The notes: generated by a model from the sequence alone, not told the origin. 33,097 nucleotides of DNA from Candidatus Fervidifonticultor sextus (GCA_031459875.1 JAVKHQ010000029.1:1-33097), one strand, 5' to 3'. Shown: positions 8,691-17,944, numbered from the stretch's first letter. Program-made: numbers and translations.

Positions 8691-8845
8691 CCCGTAGTCT
8701 TCCGGGGCAGGGTGAGGCGCCGCCAGAGGCGCCGATTCCCGATCGGCGGTGACAGCCCGTGAGGTCCGCCTGCGCTGGGGGCGGGCCGTGGCCCGGTGGA
8801 ATTCCGGGGTCGACGGTACAGTCCGTATGAGGTGAAGGCTACGGG
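8691..8845 (+). ncRNA. FMN riboswitch (RFN element), variant
   Basis: 12-bp P1 (CCCGTAGTCTTC 8691-8702 with GAAGGCTACGGG 8834-8845). Conserved blocks in order: GGGGCAGGGTGA, ATTCCCGA-TCGGCGGT, AGCCCGTGAG, a P4 hairpin, CCCGGTGGAATTCCGGG, TCGACGGTACAGTCCG, ATGAG..GAAG. Extra hairpin in L2 (8716-8733). Confidence 0.9.
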
Positions 8846-8873
8846 AATGTGCGGCGCGTTCTCACGCCCCACG

Positions 8874-8903
8874 GACGCCCGAGTTCGGGCGTCTTCGACT
8901 TTT
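8874..8903 (+). terminator. Terminator-like hairpin of the riboswitch expression platform
   Basis: GACGCCCG-AGTT-CGGGCGTC stem (8874-8893) followed by TTCGACTTTT, between the aptamer and the start codon. Confidence 0.65.
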
Positions 8904-8921
8904 CCACCTGGGGGTGTGGCG

Positions 8922-10070
8922 ATGAACCGCAGCCTTTCCGATCGTGCCGGACGCGTCGTGCTGCTCGCGGTGTGCATCCTGCTGGTCGCGTCACCGGGTC
9001 CGGTGGCGACCCAGGCGCTCCTCGAGAACCGGCTCGTCGTCCTGACGCCCATTCCGCTGGAGGTCGCCAATCCCGTCGCCGACCGGTTCGCCGAGCATGC
9101 CCGGCAGCGCTACGGCGTGGCGGTGCGCCCCACGCTGGTCGCCATGGGCGGTCCGACGATGTATGCCCGCGTCCTCGAGTGGCGCGGCCAGCCGGATGCC
9201 GACCTGCTCTGGGCCAGCGAGGCCGAGGTGCTCGACGACCTGGCCACTCGGCGCCTGATCGTCCCGCACGAACTGCCCGACGGCCTGGTCAGGGATGTCC
9301 CCCCCACGCTCGGTGAGCCCCGCCCCATCCCGCTTCGCGACGGCAAGGGCTTTTGGGTCGGGACGGCGCTGACCGCAGCCGGCATCGTCTACCATCCTCA
9401 CCTGCTCCGCCGGTTGGGCATCGCGCCGCCGCGCGACTGGGACGACCTGACCGAGTGCCGCTTCAAGGGGCAGGTGGTGCAGACGACGCCCGACCGATCT
9501 GCCACCAACCACAGTTCGCTGGAGGTCATCCTGCAGTTGCGAGGGTGGGACAGGGGGTGGGTGTGGGCCCAGCGCCTGGCGGCCAACACCGGCATCTATG
9601 TGACGCGCAGCCGGGATGTGCCGACCTTCGTGGCGCGCGGCGAGTTCGCCGTGGGATTCGCGGTGCTCTCCTACATGGCATTCCAGGAGGTGCTGGCGGG
9701 CCACGACCTGCGCTTCGTCAGCCCCCCGTACGCCTGGATCTCGCCGGCGCCGACGGCCGTGCTGGCCGGCGCGCGCGCGCCGCGGGCCGCCCGCGCCTTC
9801 TTGCAGTACCTGCTCAGCGAAGAGGGCCAGCGGTTGATGACCGCCCACGGGCTGTTTCCGATCGTGCCGAAGTACAAGATGGAGGGGCCTCCGGGTTCGG
9901 TGGCCGCCCAGGCGGCGACGTTTGCGGGCATGCGGTCGTTCTACGACCGACCGGTCAAGACCATCTACGACGACGACCTGGCCCAGAAACGCTACAACGA
10001 GGTCAACGAACTCTATCGGAAATTGATCGTCGAGCGCCTGGCGCAGCTGCAGAAACTGTATTGTCCGTGA
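8922..10070 (+). CDS. ABC-type extracellular substrate-binding protein, AfuA/FbpA-like (SBP_bac_6-type); orphan, riboswitch-preceded
   Basis: Start ATG 8922 after GGGGG; signal peptide; PDADLLW, GIVYH..LL..LGI..PRDWDDL...FKGQV, PDRSAT, VARGEFAVG, AARAFLQYLLSEEGQ. No adjacent permease or ATPase. Confidence 0.85.
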   Translation: MNRSLSDRAGRVVLLAVCILLVASPGPVATQALLENRLVVLTPIPLEVANPVADRFAEHARQRYGVAVRPTLVAMGGPTMYARVLEWRGQPDADLLWASEAEVLDDLATRRLIVPHELPDGLVRDVPPTLGEPRPIPLRDGKGFWVGTALTAAGIVYHPHLLRRLGIAPPRDWDDLTECRFKGQVVQTTPDRSATNHSSLEVILQLRGWDRGWVWAQRLAANTGIYVTRSRDVPTFVARGEFAVGFAVLSYMAFQEVLAGHDLRFVSPPYAWISPAPTAVLAGARAPRAARAFLQYLLSEEGQRLMTAHGLFPIVPKYKMEGPPGSVAAQAATFAGMRSFYDRPVKTIYDDDLAQKRYNEVNELYRKLIVERLAQLQKLYCP

Positions 10071-10095
10071 GGCCGGCTCTACCACTTGAAGAGGC

Positions 10096-10123
10096 TGGAC
10101 ACCCCCGGGGTGTCGCATATAAT
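10096..10123 (+). promoter_or_regulatory. Putative tRNA promoter TGGACA-N16-TATAAT
   Basis: Perfect -10 TATAAT at 10118-10123 and -35 TGGACA at 10096-10101, just upstream of tRNA-Lys. Confidence 0.7.
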
Positions 10124-10140
10124 AGTCGTGGACCGGTGGT

Positions 10141-10216
<76 letters not shown>

Positions 10217-10452
10217 GCAAGAACTCAAACCGCGGCCCAGACCTGCGGAACACCGCTACACGGGCATCCGCTCTTCCGGTAGTAAGATCTTCGGCTATCC
10301 AAGCCCTGCGTGCCAACTCCTCGGGAGAGGAGGCGGCCATCTCCGCCACCGCCGCCGGCGACGATGGCCCGGGCATCAACCGAGGCTAGGGCATGTCTCC
10401 AAATGCAGGGGGCGTCCTAACCCCGGCGGGCATGCGGCAGGGCCGAGCCGTA

Positions 10453-10490
10453 TTGACGGGGTGTGGACTTCTTTATAATCTTCATTATAA
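10453..10490 (+). promoter_or_regulatory. Promoter (TTGACG-N17-TAATCT) overlapped by palindromic operator TTATAAT-N4-ATTATAA
   Basis: AT-rich patch in GC-rich DNA. Inverted repeat at 10473-10490 covers the -10, upstream of a ROK repressor gene. Confidence 0.7.
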
Positions 10491-10519
10491 GTCGTTAAAA
10501 AAGTTCCGGTGCGAAGGCG

Positions 10520-11731
10520 GTGCCGGGAGTGCCACAGGCCAGGACCAAGCCGCGACCGCGGGTGCGCGCCCGCCGCCCTGCCGAGTTAGCCTCCAACTCC
10601 CTGGCCGTCCTCGCCGCCCTGCGCGGGCGCACCTGCTCCGCCGCTGAACTTGAGCGGGCCACCGGCTTGAGCCAGCTCACGGTCCGCCGCCACGTCTCGG
10701 CACTCGCCGGGTTGGGGCTGGTGGCACCGGCCGGGTTCGGTCGGTCGAACGGCGGCCGACAGCCACGGCTCTTCACGCTGGTCTCGGACAGCCGCTTGGC
10801 CGTGGCCATCCACCTCCAGTTTCCCGGTGCCAGAGTGGCCACTGTCGGGCTGGACGGCAGCATCGCCGCGACGCGCCACGTGCCGGCAGACGGCGGTGAG
10901 GATCCCCTGGTGGTGTTGGACAGGATCGCCGCTGTCGCGCACTCTCTGGTGCGGCGGGTGCCCGAGGGACAGCTGATCGGTGTCGGCGTGGCTTTGCCTG
11001 GGTACGCGGACCTCACCCGCGGGATCGCGTTGCGCATCGGCCGGGCTCCGGCCTGGCGGGACGTCCCTGTGACCGACACCCTGTCCCGGCGCCTGGGGCT
11101 TCCGACGCTAGTGGTGCACGACACCGCGGCGATGGCGCTGGCCGAGTCCGAGGTGGGGGACGCGCGCGGGCAACGGCACTTCGCGTTCGTCCTGGCTGAA
11201 GAGGGCGTCAGTGCCGGACTGTTCCTGGAAGGGACCGTCTATCAGGGAGCGTTCGGCAATGCTGGCCTCCTCGGCCACATGACGGTCCGGCCAGCCGGCC
11301 GTCTCTGCCTCTGCGGCAGCGCGGGCTGCGTGGAAGCCTACACCTCCGCACGCGCCCTGGTGGAGCGATCCAGAGAACTGGAGTCCGAGATCGCCGGACC
11401 GTCGCTGTCGTACCAGGACGTGATTCGGTATGCCCTGTCCGGACGCGAGCCCTTCCGTACCGTGCTGGATGAGGCCCTGGACATCCTCGGCATCGCCATT
11501 GCCAACCTAGCCAAGATCCTGGAGGTCTGCGCGGTCTTCGTGGGAGGCTACCCCGCCAGCCTGCCGGAGGGGGCCCGCCAGCGCGTCTTTGAGGTAGCGC
11601 ACGCGCACCTGCAGCCGCCACTGAGGGTCAACTTCGAGGTCCGTTACAGCCGGGTCCGCGAGGCAGGGCTGATCGGCGCGGCCATTCCGGTGATCCGCCG
11701 GTTCCTCGGGATGCCGGTCGCCACACGATGA
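10520..11731 (+). CDS. ROK-family transcriptional repressor (NagC/XylR-like)
   Basis: HTH SAAELERATGLSQLTVRRHVSALAGLGLV, GGRQP, GVGVALPG, zinc motif GH.......CLCGSAGCVEAY. Confidence 0.9.
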   Translation: MPGVPQARTKPRPRVRARRPAELASNSLAVLAALRGRTCSAAELERATGLSQLTVRRHVSALAGLGLVAPAGFGRSNGGRQPRLFTLVSDSRLAVAIHLQFPGARVATVGLDGSIAATRHVPADGGEDPLVVLDRIAAVAHSLVRRVPEGQLIGVGVALPGYADLTRGIALRIGRAPAWRDVPVTDTLSRRLGLPTLVVHDTAAMALAESEVGDARGQRHFAFVLAEEGVSAGLFLEGTVYQGAFGNAGLLGHMTVRPAGRLCLCGSAGCVEAYTSARALVERSRELESEIAGPSLSYQDVIRYALSGREPFRTVLDEALDILGIAIANLAKILEVCAVFVGGYPASLPEGARQRVFEVAHAHLQPPLRVNFEVRYSRVREAGLIGAAIPVIRRFLGMPVATR

Positions 11732-13494
11732 GCGCCGTGGACGCCGCGCTGGTGAGCCCCGACCGGGTCCGCGCCGGCCAGCAGACCCGGGTGGAGCTGC
11801 GGCTGCGTCTGCGCGAGCCGGTGGAGGCCGGGGCGTCGCTGCGCCTGACGGTGCCGCTGGGCTGGACGCCGCCCTCGCTGGAGGGTGGAGCCGGGCTGAC
11901 CCGGTGGCGCGTGTCAGGCCGCGCGCTGGTCCTGGGTGAGATCGTGCGCCGGCGCTATCTGCAGTTGAACGTGACCGGTGGCCGCCTCCGTCGTGACGAC
12001 GAGATCCTCGTCACCTACGGCGCCGGGCCAGACGGGGCGGTGGCCCAACCGTGGGTGACCGATGTGTCGGCCACCTTTGAGGTGGAGATCTGTCGGCATG
12101 GTGAGGGGCCGTACGTTCCAGACTGCTCGGTTCCCGTCACGGTGGATCCGGCCCCGCCCGCCTACCTGCACGTCGTGGCGCCCTCCGGAGCGTCGCCTGG
12201 CGTCGGAGTCCCGATTCGCCTGCGGGTGCTCGACGAGTTTGGCAATCTCTGCCGGGGCTGCACGGCCGAAGCGCTGATCGCCGGGGTGCTGCCCGCTCCC
12301 ATTGAAGCCGGGTGCGGCGAGGCCCGGCTCACCTTCGCTGCGGAGGGGATCCACCGGGTGGACGTCACCCTGGACGGGCTGGGGCTGTCGGGCCGCTCGA
12401 ACCCGTGTCGGGTCGCGCGGGACGCAGCCGGGATCTGGTGGGGGGATCCCCATGTGCACACCACGCTCTCCGACGGCGTGGCGTCACCTGAGTTTGCCCT
12501 GGCGTACGGGCGTGATGTGGCCTGCCTGGATTTTGCCGCCATCACCGACCACGACATCGAGTACCATCACGCCTGGTTCACGCGGCGCTGCCAGCGTCTG
12601 GCGGATGAGACCTGGTTGGCCCTGGCCGAGACCATCAACCGGTACCGCGCCAGCGGACGGTTTGCCGTCCTGCGGGGGTACGAGTGGACCGGCCGCCCCT
12701 ACGGCGACCGGTGTGTCTACCTGCGCTCCGATGGGACTGCCATATGCCGGTACGAACCGGGTGGCGCCCCCACGCTGCAGGCGCTGTGGCGGGAGCTGAA
12801 ACGCACGGCTCCCCGCGAGGCGCTCGTGGTCCCTCACACCCCTGCGTCGGGCTTCATGGGGACGGACTGGACCGAACACGATGAGGACCTGGAAACTCTC
12901 GTGGAGATCTATTCGATGCACGGATCATCAGAGTGCGCCAGCGGCTCGGCTGAGATGACCGGAGCGGTGCCCGGTCGATACGTCCAGGACGCGCTGGCCC
13001 GGGGGTACCGGCTGGGGTTCGTGGCCGGAGGCGACATGCACAGCAGCCAGCCGGGCAACCCGGTCCTGGCCTTCGGTCCGTACCGCACGCTGCGCTTCAA
13101 GCCGGGCCTGACCGCGGTCCTGGCCGATCGTCTCGACGAGGGCGCGATCCTGGACGCCATGCGGGAACGGCGGACGTACGCCACCACCGGGGCCCGAATC
13201 CTGCTGCAGTTCTCGGTGAACGACGTGCCGCTGGGGGGCAATCTCATCCTCGGTGCCGGCCGGCCGGTCATCGTGCGCGGCCGCATTCACGGCACGGCCG
13301 CGCTGGCAGAGGTGGCCCTGATCCGGGACGGGGTGGCGGCGTACGCGGCGCACCCCCGGCAGGAGGACTTTGAGGTCACGTGGGAGGACCCGCAGCCCGT
13401 TGCCGCTGGAGACGCGTCGTACTACTACTTGCGTGCGGTCCAGGCCGACGGCGAGGTGGCCTGGTCGAGCCCGGTCTGGGTGAGGCGCTCGTGA
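11728..13494 (+). CDS. PHP-like metallohydrolase (DUF3604 / CehA-McbA-like) with N-terminal beta domains
   Basis: WGDPHVHTTLSDG, DFAAITDHD, GYEW, VPH, EIYSMHG, GFVAGGDMH, RRTYATTG, YYYLRAVQADGEVAWSSPVWV. Confidence 0.82.
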   Translation: MSAVDAALVSPDRVRAGQQTRVELRLRLREPVEAGASLRLTVPLGWTPPSLEGGAGLTRWRVSGRALVLGEIVRRRYLQLNVTGGRLRRDDEILVTYGAGPDGAVAQPWVTDVSATFEVEICRHGEGPYVPDCSVPVTVDPAPPAYLHVVAPSGASPGVGVPIRLRVLDEFGNLCRGCTAEALIAGVLPAPIEAGCGEARLTFAAEGIHRVDVTLDGLGLSGRSNPCRVARDAAGIWWGDPHVHTTLSDGVASPEFALAYGRDVACLDFAAITDHDIEYHHAWFTRRCQRLADETWLALAETINRYRASGRFAVLRGYEWTGRPYGDRCVYLRSDGTAICRYEPGGAPTLQALWRELKRTAPREALVVPHTPASGFMGTDWTEHDEDLETLVEIYSMHGSSECASGSAEMTGAVPGRYVQDALARGYRLGFVAGGDMHSSQPGNPVLAFGPYRTLRFKPGLTAVLADRLDEGAILDAMRERRTYATTGARILLQFSVNDVPLGGNLILGAGRPVIVRGRIHGTAALAEVALIRDGVAAYAAHPRQEDFEVTWEDPQPVAAGDASYYYLRAVQADGEVAWSSPVWVRRS

Positions 13495-14519
13495 TAGGTG
13501 GGCGTCGCGATCAACGCGCGGTGGATCGTCTGGCTGCGTCTGAGTCGGGCACTGAGACCAGTGGGGGGACCGTGGTCGGGATCGACCTCGGCGGCACAAA
13601 GATCGCGGTCGGGCTCGTGGCCCGGTCTGGGGATGTCAACGTGTTTCGCAGCCGCCCGACGCTGGCCGCAGACGGCGCGAGCGCCGTGATCGACCGACTC
13701 GCTGGGCTGGTGCGCGAGGTGCTTGCCACCCTGCCAGGCGGGGCGCGTGAGGTGATTGGCGTCGGCCTCGCTACCCCGGGCATCGTGGACGCCGGTACCG
13801 GCACCGTGCGCTACGCGACGCCGGCCCTGCCAGGCTGGACGGGCCTCGCGCTGGGGCCGCGCCTGGCCGAGGCTCTCGGCCTGCCGGTGGTCGTACACAA
13901 CGACGGGCACGCGGCGGCGATGGGCGAGTGGGCCGTAGGGGCGGCGGCCGGCGCGGCGGATGCCGTCGTGGTCGTCCTCGGCACAGGGATCGGCGGCGGG
14001 ATCATCGCCGGCGGCCGCCTCCTACGGGGCTTTCTGGGCGGCGCGGGCCGGATTGGCCACCTGAGCGTCGAGGCCGGCGGCCGACGCTGCTGGTGTGGTG
14101 CGCGAGGGTGCATCGAGCAGTACGCATCGGGGTCGGCGGTCGCGCGCGACGCGCAGGTCGCCATCGGCGGTGGCGCGGCCACGTCGTTGCGCTCGCTCCG
14201 GCGGCCGCTGACTGCTGCCGACGTGGTTCGGGCCGCGCGGCGGGAAGACAAGCTGGCCCTTGGGCTCCTCGCCGAGGCCGGCCGGCACCTCGGCGCCGCC
14301 CTGGTCTCGCTGGTGAACATGCTGAGCCCGCAGGTGATTGTCGTTGGCGGCGGTCTCGCGGACGCGGGCGCGCTCCTGTTCGGTCCAGCCGAGGCCGTCC
14401 TCCGCGAGCGGTTGCCGCCTCCGGTCCGGGCGTCCGTCGAGGTCCGACCCTCGAGTCTGGGGTATTGCGCGGCGGTGGCAGGCGCGGGACTCCTGGCGTG
14501 GGAGCGTCTTGGGACATGA
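13491..14519 (+). CDS. ROK-family sugar kinase
   Basis: [11 protein letters not shown] motif, [14 protein letters not shown]......[14 protein letters not shown]. Start GTG 13491 overlaps the upstream stop; the exact start is uncertain. Confidence 0.87.
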   Translation: MIGGRRDQRAVDRLAASESGTETSGGTVVGIDLGGTKIAVGLVARSGDVNVFRSRPTLAADGASAVIDRLAGLVREVLATLPGGAREVIGVGLATPGIVDAGTGTVRYATPALPGWTGLALGPRLAEALGLPVVVHNDGHAAAMGEWAVGAAAGAADAVVVVLGTGIGGGIIAGGRLLRGFLGGAGRIGHLSVEAGGRRCWCGARGCIEQYASGSAVARDAQVAIGGGAATSLRSLRRPLTAADVVRAARREDKLALGLLAEAGRHLGAALVSLVNMLSPQVIVVGGGLADAGALLFGPAEAVLRERLPPPVRASVEVRPSSLGYCAAVAGAGLLAWERLGT

Positions 14520-15277
14520 GTCGCCCGGCCGCGGCCCCCAAGATCGTCGTGAGCCACGTCAGCCGGCAGTTTCCCGCTGAGGACGCCGAGCGCGGACTGG
14601 CCCTGCAGGACATCAATGTGACCATCATGCCCAATGAGTTCGTGGCCATCGTGGGTCGCAGCGGGTGTGGCAAGACTACGCTGCTGAACCTGATCGCGGG
14701 GCTGTTGCGGCCCACAGAAGGTGAGGTACGCATTGACGGACGTCTGGTCCAGGGGCCCGGTCCGGACCGCGGCATGGTGTTCCAGAACTCGGCGCTCTTC
14801 CCGTGGCTGACCGCGATCGAGAACGTGGAGTTCGGCCCGCGCAACCTGGGTGTGCCGGCGGATCGCCGCCGGGCCCTGGCACGGGAGCTGATCGACCTGG
14901 TACGGCTTCGCGGCTTCGAGAGCAGATATCCGCGGGAACTGTCCGGGGGTATGAAGCAACGGGTAGCCATCGCTCGGGCGCTCGCCACCGATCCCGAGAT
15001 CCTCTTGATGGATGAGCCCTTTGGTGCGCTCGACGAGCTCACCCGGGCCGAGATGCAGGAAGAGTTGCTGCGCATCTGGGAAGCGCGCCGCAAGACGGTG
15101 GTCTTCGTGACCCACAGCATCATGGAGGCGATCTACCTGTCGGACCGCGTCATCGTCCTCAGCCCCCATCCCGGCCGGGTGCGCAAGGACGTGCCGATTT
15201 CGCTGCCCCGGCCCCGCCAACGCTCGTCCGGCGCATTCATGGCCTACTACGAGGAGATCCATGGCAGTATCTTCTAG
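14516..15277 (+). CDS. NitT/TauT-family ABC transporter ATP-binding protein
   Basis: [43 protein letters not shown] 14516. Confidence 0.93.
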   Translation: MSRPAAAPKIVVSHVSRQFPAEDAERGLALQDINVTIMPNEFVAIVGRSGCGKTTLLNLIAGLLRPTEGEVRIDGRLVQGPGPDRGMVFQNSALFPWLTAIENVEFGPRNLGVPADRRRALARELIDLVRLRGFESRYPRELSGGMKQRVAIARALATDPEILLMDEPFGALDELTRAEMQEELLRIWEARRKTVVFVTHSIMEAIYLSDRVIVLSPHPGRVRKDVPISLPRPRQRSSGAFMAYYEEIHGSIF

Positions 15278-16082
15278 GCCCCAGCCGCTGGGCCACAGCA
15301 GGGGTTGGGAGCGCGTCGTGGGTGTGGTGACCATCGCCGCGCTGCTGGCCACCTGGGAGCTGGCGGGCCGCGCCGGCAGACTCAGCTCTTACCACTTCCC
15401 GCGTCCGTCGCGCCTTCTGGCGACCATCTGGGATCTGGTCGCGATCGGGTTTCCCGTCGGGGTGACCGTCTGGCAGCACGTGGGAGCCACGGTGGCACGG
15501 ATCGTGCAGGGGTACGCGCTGGCCGCGGCGCTGGCGATCCCGCTCGGGCTGGTGGTTGGCGGGATACCTGCCCTCGACCGGGCCTGCGCACCCGTGATCA
15601 CGTTTGCCCGTTCAGTGGCGACGATCAGCCTGCTGCCTCTGGCCGTGGCATGGTTCGGGGTCGGGGAGCTGTCGCGGGTGCTGCTGATTGCCTATGGGTG
15701 CTTCTGGGTCATCCTGACCAACGTAGTCGAGGGCGTCAAGTCAGCGGATCCCGACCTGATCCGGGCCGGCCGCGTGCTGGGTGCCACACCCCGGCAGGTG
15801 TTCACCCGCGTCGTGCTCCCGGCCTCGACCCCTCGGATCTTCGCCGGCATGAAGGTCGCCCTGGGGCTGGCGTTCATGGTCATCGTGGGCGTGGAGATGA
15901 TCGGGACGATCAAGGGTCTGGGTGCCCTGATCATGGAGGCACGCACCTTCTACCGCAGTGACGCGGCCATGGTCGGGATGGTGTTCATCGCCCTCTTCGG
16001 CTTTGCGCTGTCTCGACTGCTCGACCGGCTCGAACGCAGACTCTTGCCCTGGAGCGCGGGCGTGGAGGAGGCGGAGCGGTGA
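15261..16082 (+). CDS. NitT/TauT-family ABC transporter permease
   Basis: Multiple TM helices; WFGVGE and the EAA-like loop [10 protein letters not shown]...VVLP. Confidence 0.9.
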   Translation: MAVSSRPQPLGHSRGWERVVGVVTIAALLATWELAGRAGRLSSYHFPRPSRLLATIWDLVAIGFPVGVTVWQHVGATVARIVQGYALAAALAIPLGLVVGGIPALDRACAPVITFARSVATISLLPLAVAWFGVGELSRVLLIAYGCFWVILTNVVEGVKSADPDLIRAGRVLGATPRQVFTRVVLPASTPRIFAGMKVALGLAFMVIVGVEMIGTIKGLGALIMEARTFYRSDAAMVGMVFIALFGFALSRLLDRLERRLLPWSAGVEEAER

Positions 16083-16849
16083 CCGCGCGCTCCTCGCCCC
16101 GCGACGTCTGGGCCTCGTGGTCAGGGGTCCTCGTGGTCCTAGGGGTCTGGCAGGCCATTGCCACCCTCAGGCTGATCAATCCGGTCATCTTTCCCGGCCC
16201 GGTGGACGTCGTGTGGGCCGCGCTGACGCTGGCGCCACCCGGGCGGGTCCTTGCGCATGTCCACAGCAGCCTTGTTCGCATCGTGTGGGGGTTCTCGCTG
16301 GGCGCCGGGTTGGGGGTGCTCATCGGCGTGACGTCGGGATGGTACCGCCGGCTGGGCAGTGTGCTGCGGGCACCCATCGAGCTGTTGCGGCCGATCCCAC
16401 CGCTGGCGTGGATCCCCCTGGCCATCATCTGGTTTGGCCTGGGCGAACCGTCGAAGGTGTTCATCATCTGCCTGGGCGCGTTCTTCCCGGTCGTGACCAA
16501 TGCCTACAAGGGAGTGATCGGGATCGACCCAGATCTGTTCCGGGCCGCCCAGACCCTGGGCGTGCGCGGATGGCGGCTGCTCCTGCGCGTCGCCCTGCCG
16601 GCAGTCCTGCCCGATGTCGCCACGGGCGTCCGCGTCGGGTGGAGCCTCAGCTTCGGCGCCCTGGTCGCCGCAGAACTCATCGCTGCCGACCGCGGCCTGG
16701 GCTTCATGATCATGAACGCCCGCGAGCTGGGCCAGATCAGCGTGATCATGTACGGCATCATCGTGATCGGCGCGTTGAACTTCCTCACCGACTGGGTCAT
16801 TCGCGAGGCGCTGTTCAAGCGGCGGCTTCGCTGGCATTTTGCCTCGTGA
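16079..16849 (+). CDS. NitT/TauT-family ABC transporter permease
   Basis: LRPIPPLAWIPLAIIWFGLGE, AAQTLG, LVAAELIAADRGLG. Confidence 0.93.
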   Translation: MTARSSPRDVWASWSGVLVVLGVWQAIATLRLINPVIFPGPVDVVWAALTLAPPGRVLAHVHSSLVRIVWGFSLGAGLGVLIGVTSGWYRRLGSVLRAPIELLRPIPPLAWIPLAIIWFGLGEPSKVFIICLGAFFPVVTNAYKGVIGIDPDLFRAAQTLGVRGWRLLLRVALPAVLPDVATGVRVGWSLSFGALVAAELIAADRGLGFMIMNARELGQISVIMYGIIVIGALNFLTDWVIREALFKRRLRWHFAS

Positions 16850-16900
16850 CGGGCATGGGGAGGGCAGCAAGTCACTCAAATCACTAAGGAGGGATTCTCT

Positions 16901-17938
16901 ATGGGTTGGTTCGCGAGTCTGGTGGTACTTGCCCTGATGCTGACGGTTGCCGGGCACCCGCTGGCTGCTCCAGCCGGGACCCCGGAGATCAAGACGCTCT
17001 CGATGGGGTTTGGCGTGGACCCCGTGTTCGCCCCGCACATCATGGCCATGGAGAAGGGGTGGTTCCGCGAGGCTGGATTCGAGCGGGTCGAGACCAAGAC
17101 GTTCACCGCCGGCGCGCTGGCCGGCGAGGCGCTGGCGGCGGGGCAGATCCAGTTGTGGACGCCGGGCAATCTGCCCCCGATCAGCATGCGGCACAACGGG
17201 CTGCCGATCGTCATTTTGGGCACCAACACCCTGGCCTACATTGACCGGCTGGTGGTGCGGGCCGACGCCAACGTCCAGCGGCCAGCCGACCTCTACAACA
17301 TCCGCATTGGGTTGTTGGAGGGGTCTGTGGCCTCAGCCGTCCTCGATCGGATCGCCGAGTACTACCGGCTCGACGTCCGGCGGTTGCAGGTCGTGAACCT
17401 CCCGCCGCCGGAGCAGCTCACGTCCCTGATCAACAACAACATTCAGGCCTTCATTTGCTGGAACCCGTGGCCGTATCTCGCCCAGCAGCGCGCCAACGTG
17501 AAGATCCTCCATACCGGTACCGTGAGTCACTTTGCCGACGACGCCGGGCGAAAGGTTCAGACCTCTAACACCCGGTCGATCTTCGTGGCATCCGAGGACT
17601 TCGTCCGTCGGTCGCCCAACGCCGCCCGGGCCATGATGCGGGTGCTGCTGCGGGCCCAGATGTACGTGGCGGATCCGAAGAACCGCGACGAGGTCATCAC
17701 CACCATCTCCCGGTTCCTGCAGCAGCCGGTGGAGCAGAACCGGGCGCTGTGGGGCGACTACTCGTTCGACCCCCGGTTCGACAAGAAGTACTGGGAGGAC
17801 ATGAAGGTCTACACCGACTTCCTGGCCAAGACCGGGCGCATCCGCAACCCGGTGGATCCGCTGGAGTACACCTACACCGGGTACGTGGAGGAGTTCAACC
17901 CGGCTCTGGTGACCCTGAGGGGAAGGTGGAAGCCATAG
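16901..17938 (+). CDS. SsuA/TauA/NMT1-like ABC substrate-binding protein
   Basis: AAGGAGG RBS, signal peptide, AMEKGWFREAG, ALAAGQIQ, IGLLEGS, WNPW; lies in the ABC operon. Confidence 0.87.
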   Translation: MGWFASLVVLALMLTVAGHPLAAPAGTPEIKTLSMGFGVDPVFAPHIMAMEKGWFREAGFERVETKTFTAGALAGEALAAGQIQLWTPGNLPPISMRHNGLPIVILGTNTLAYIDRLVVRADANVQRPADLYNIRIGLLEGSVASAVLDRIAEYYRLDVRRLQVVNLPPPEQLTSLINNNIQAFICWNPWPYLAQQRANVKILHTGTVSHFADDAGRKVQTSNTRSIFVASEDFVRRSPNAARAMMRVLLRAQMYVADPKNRDEVITTISRFLQQPVEQNRALWGDYSFDPRFDKKYWEDMKVYTDFLAKTGRIRNPVDPLEYTYTGYVEEFNPALVTLRGRWKP

Positions 17939-17944
17939 GCCACT

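Noticed and set aside
8796..8921. N-terminal extension of the SBP ORF in the ORF track
   Set aside because: It overlaps the riboswitch aptamer and terminator. The signal peptide begins at ATG 8922.
10217..10440. Possible att site, integrase remnant or small ORF after tRNA-Lys
   Set aside because: No duplicated tRNA 3' end found near 21546-21650, and none of the frames I translated gave a recognisable protein motif.
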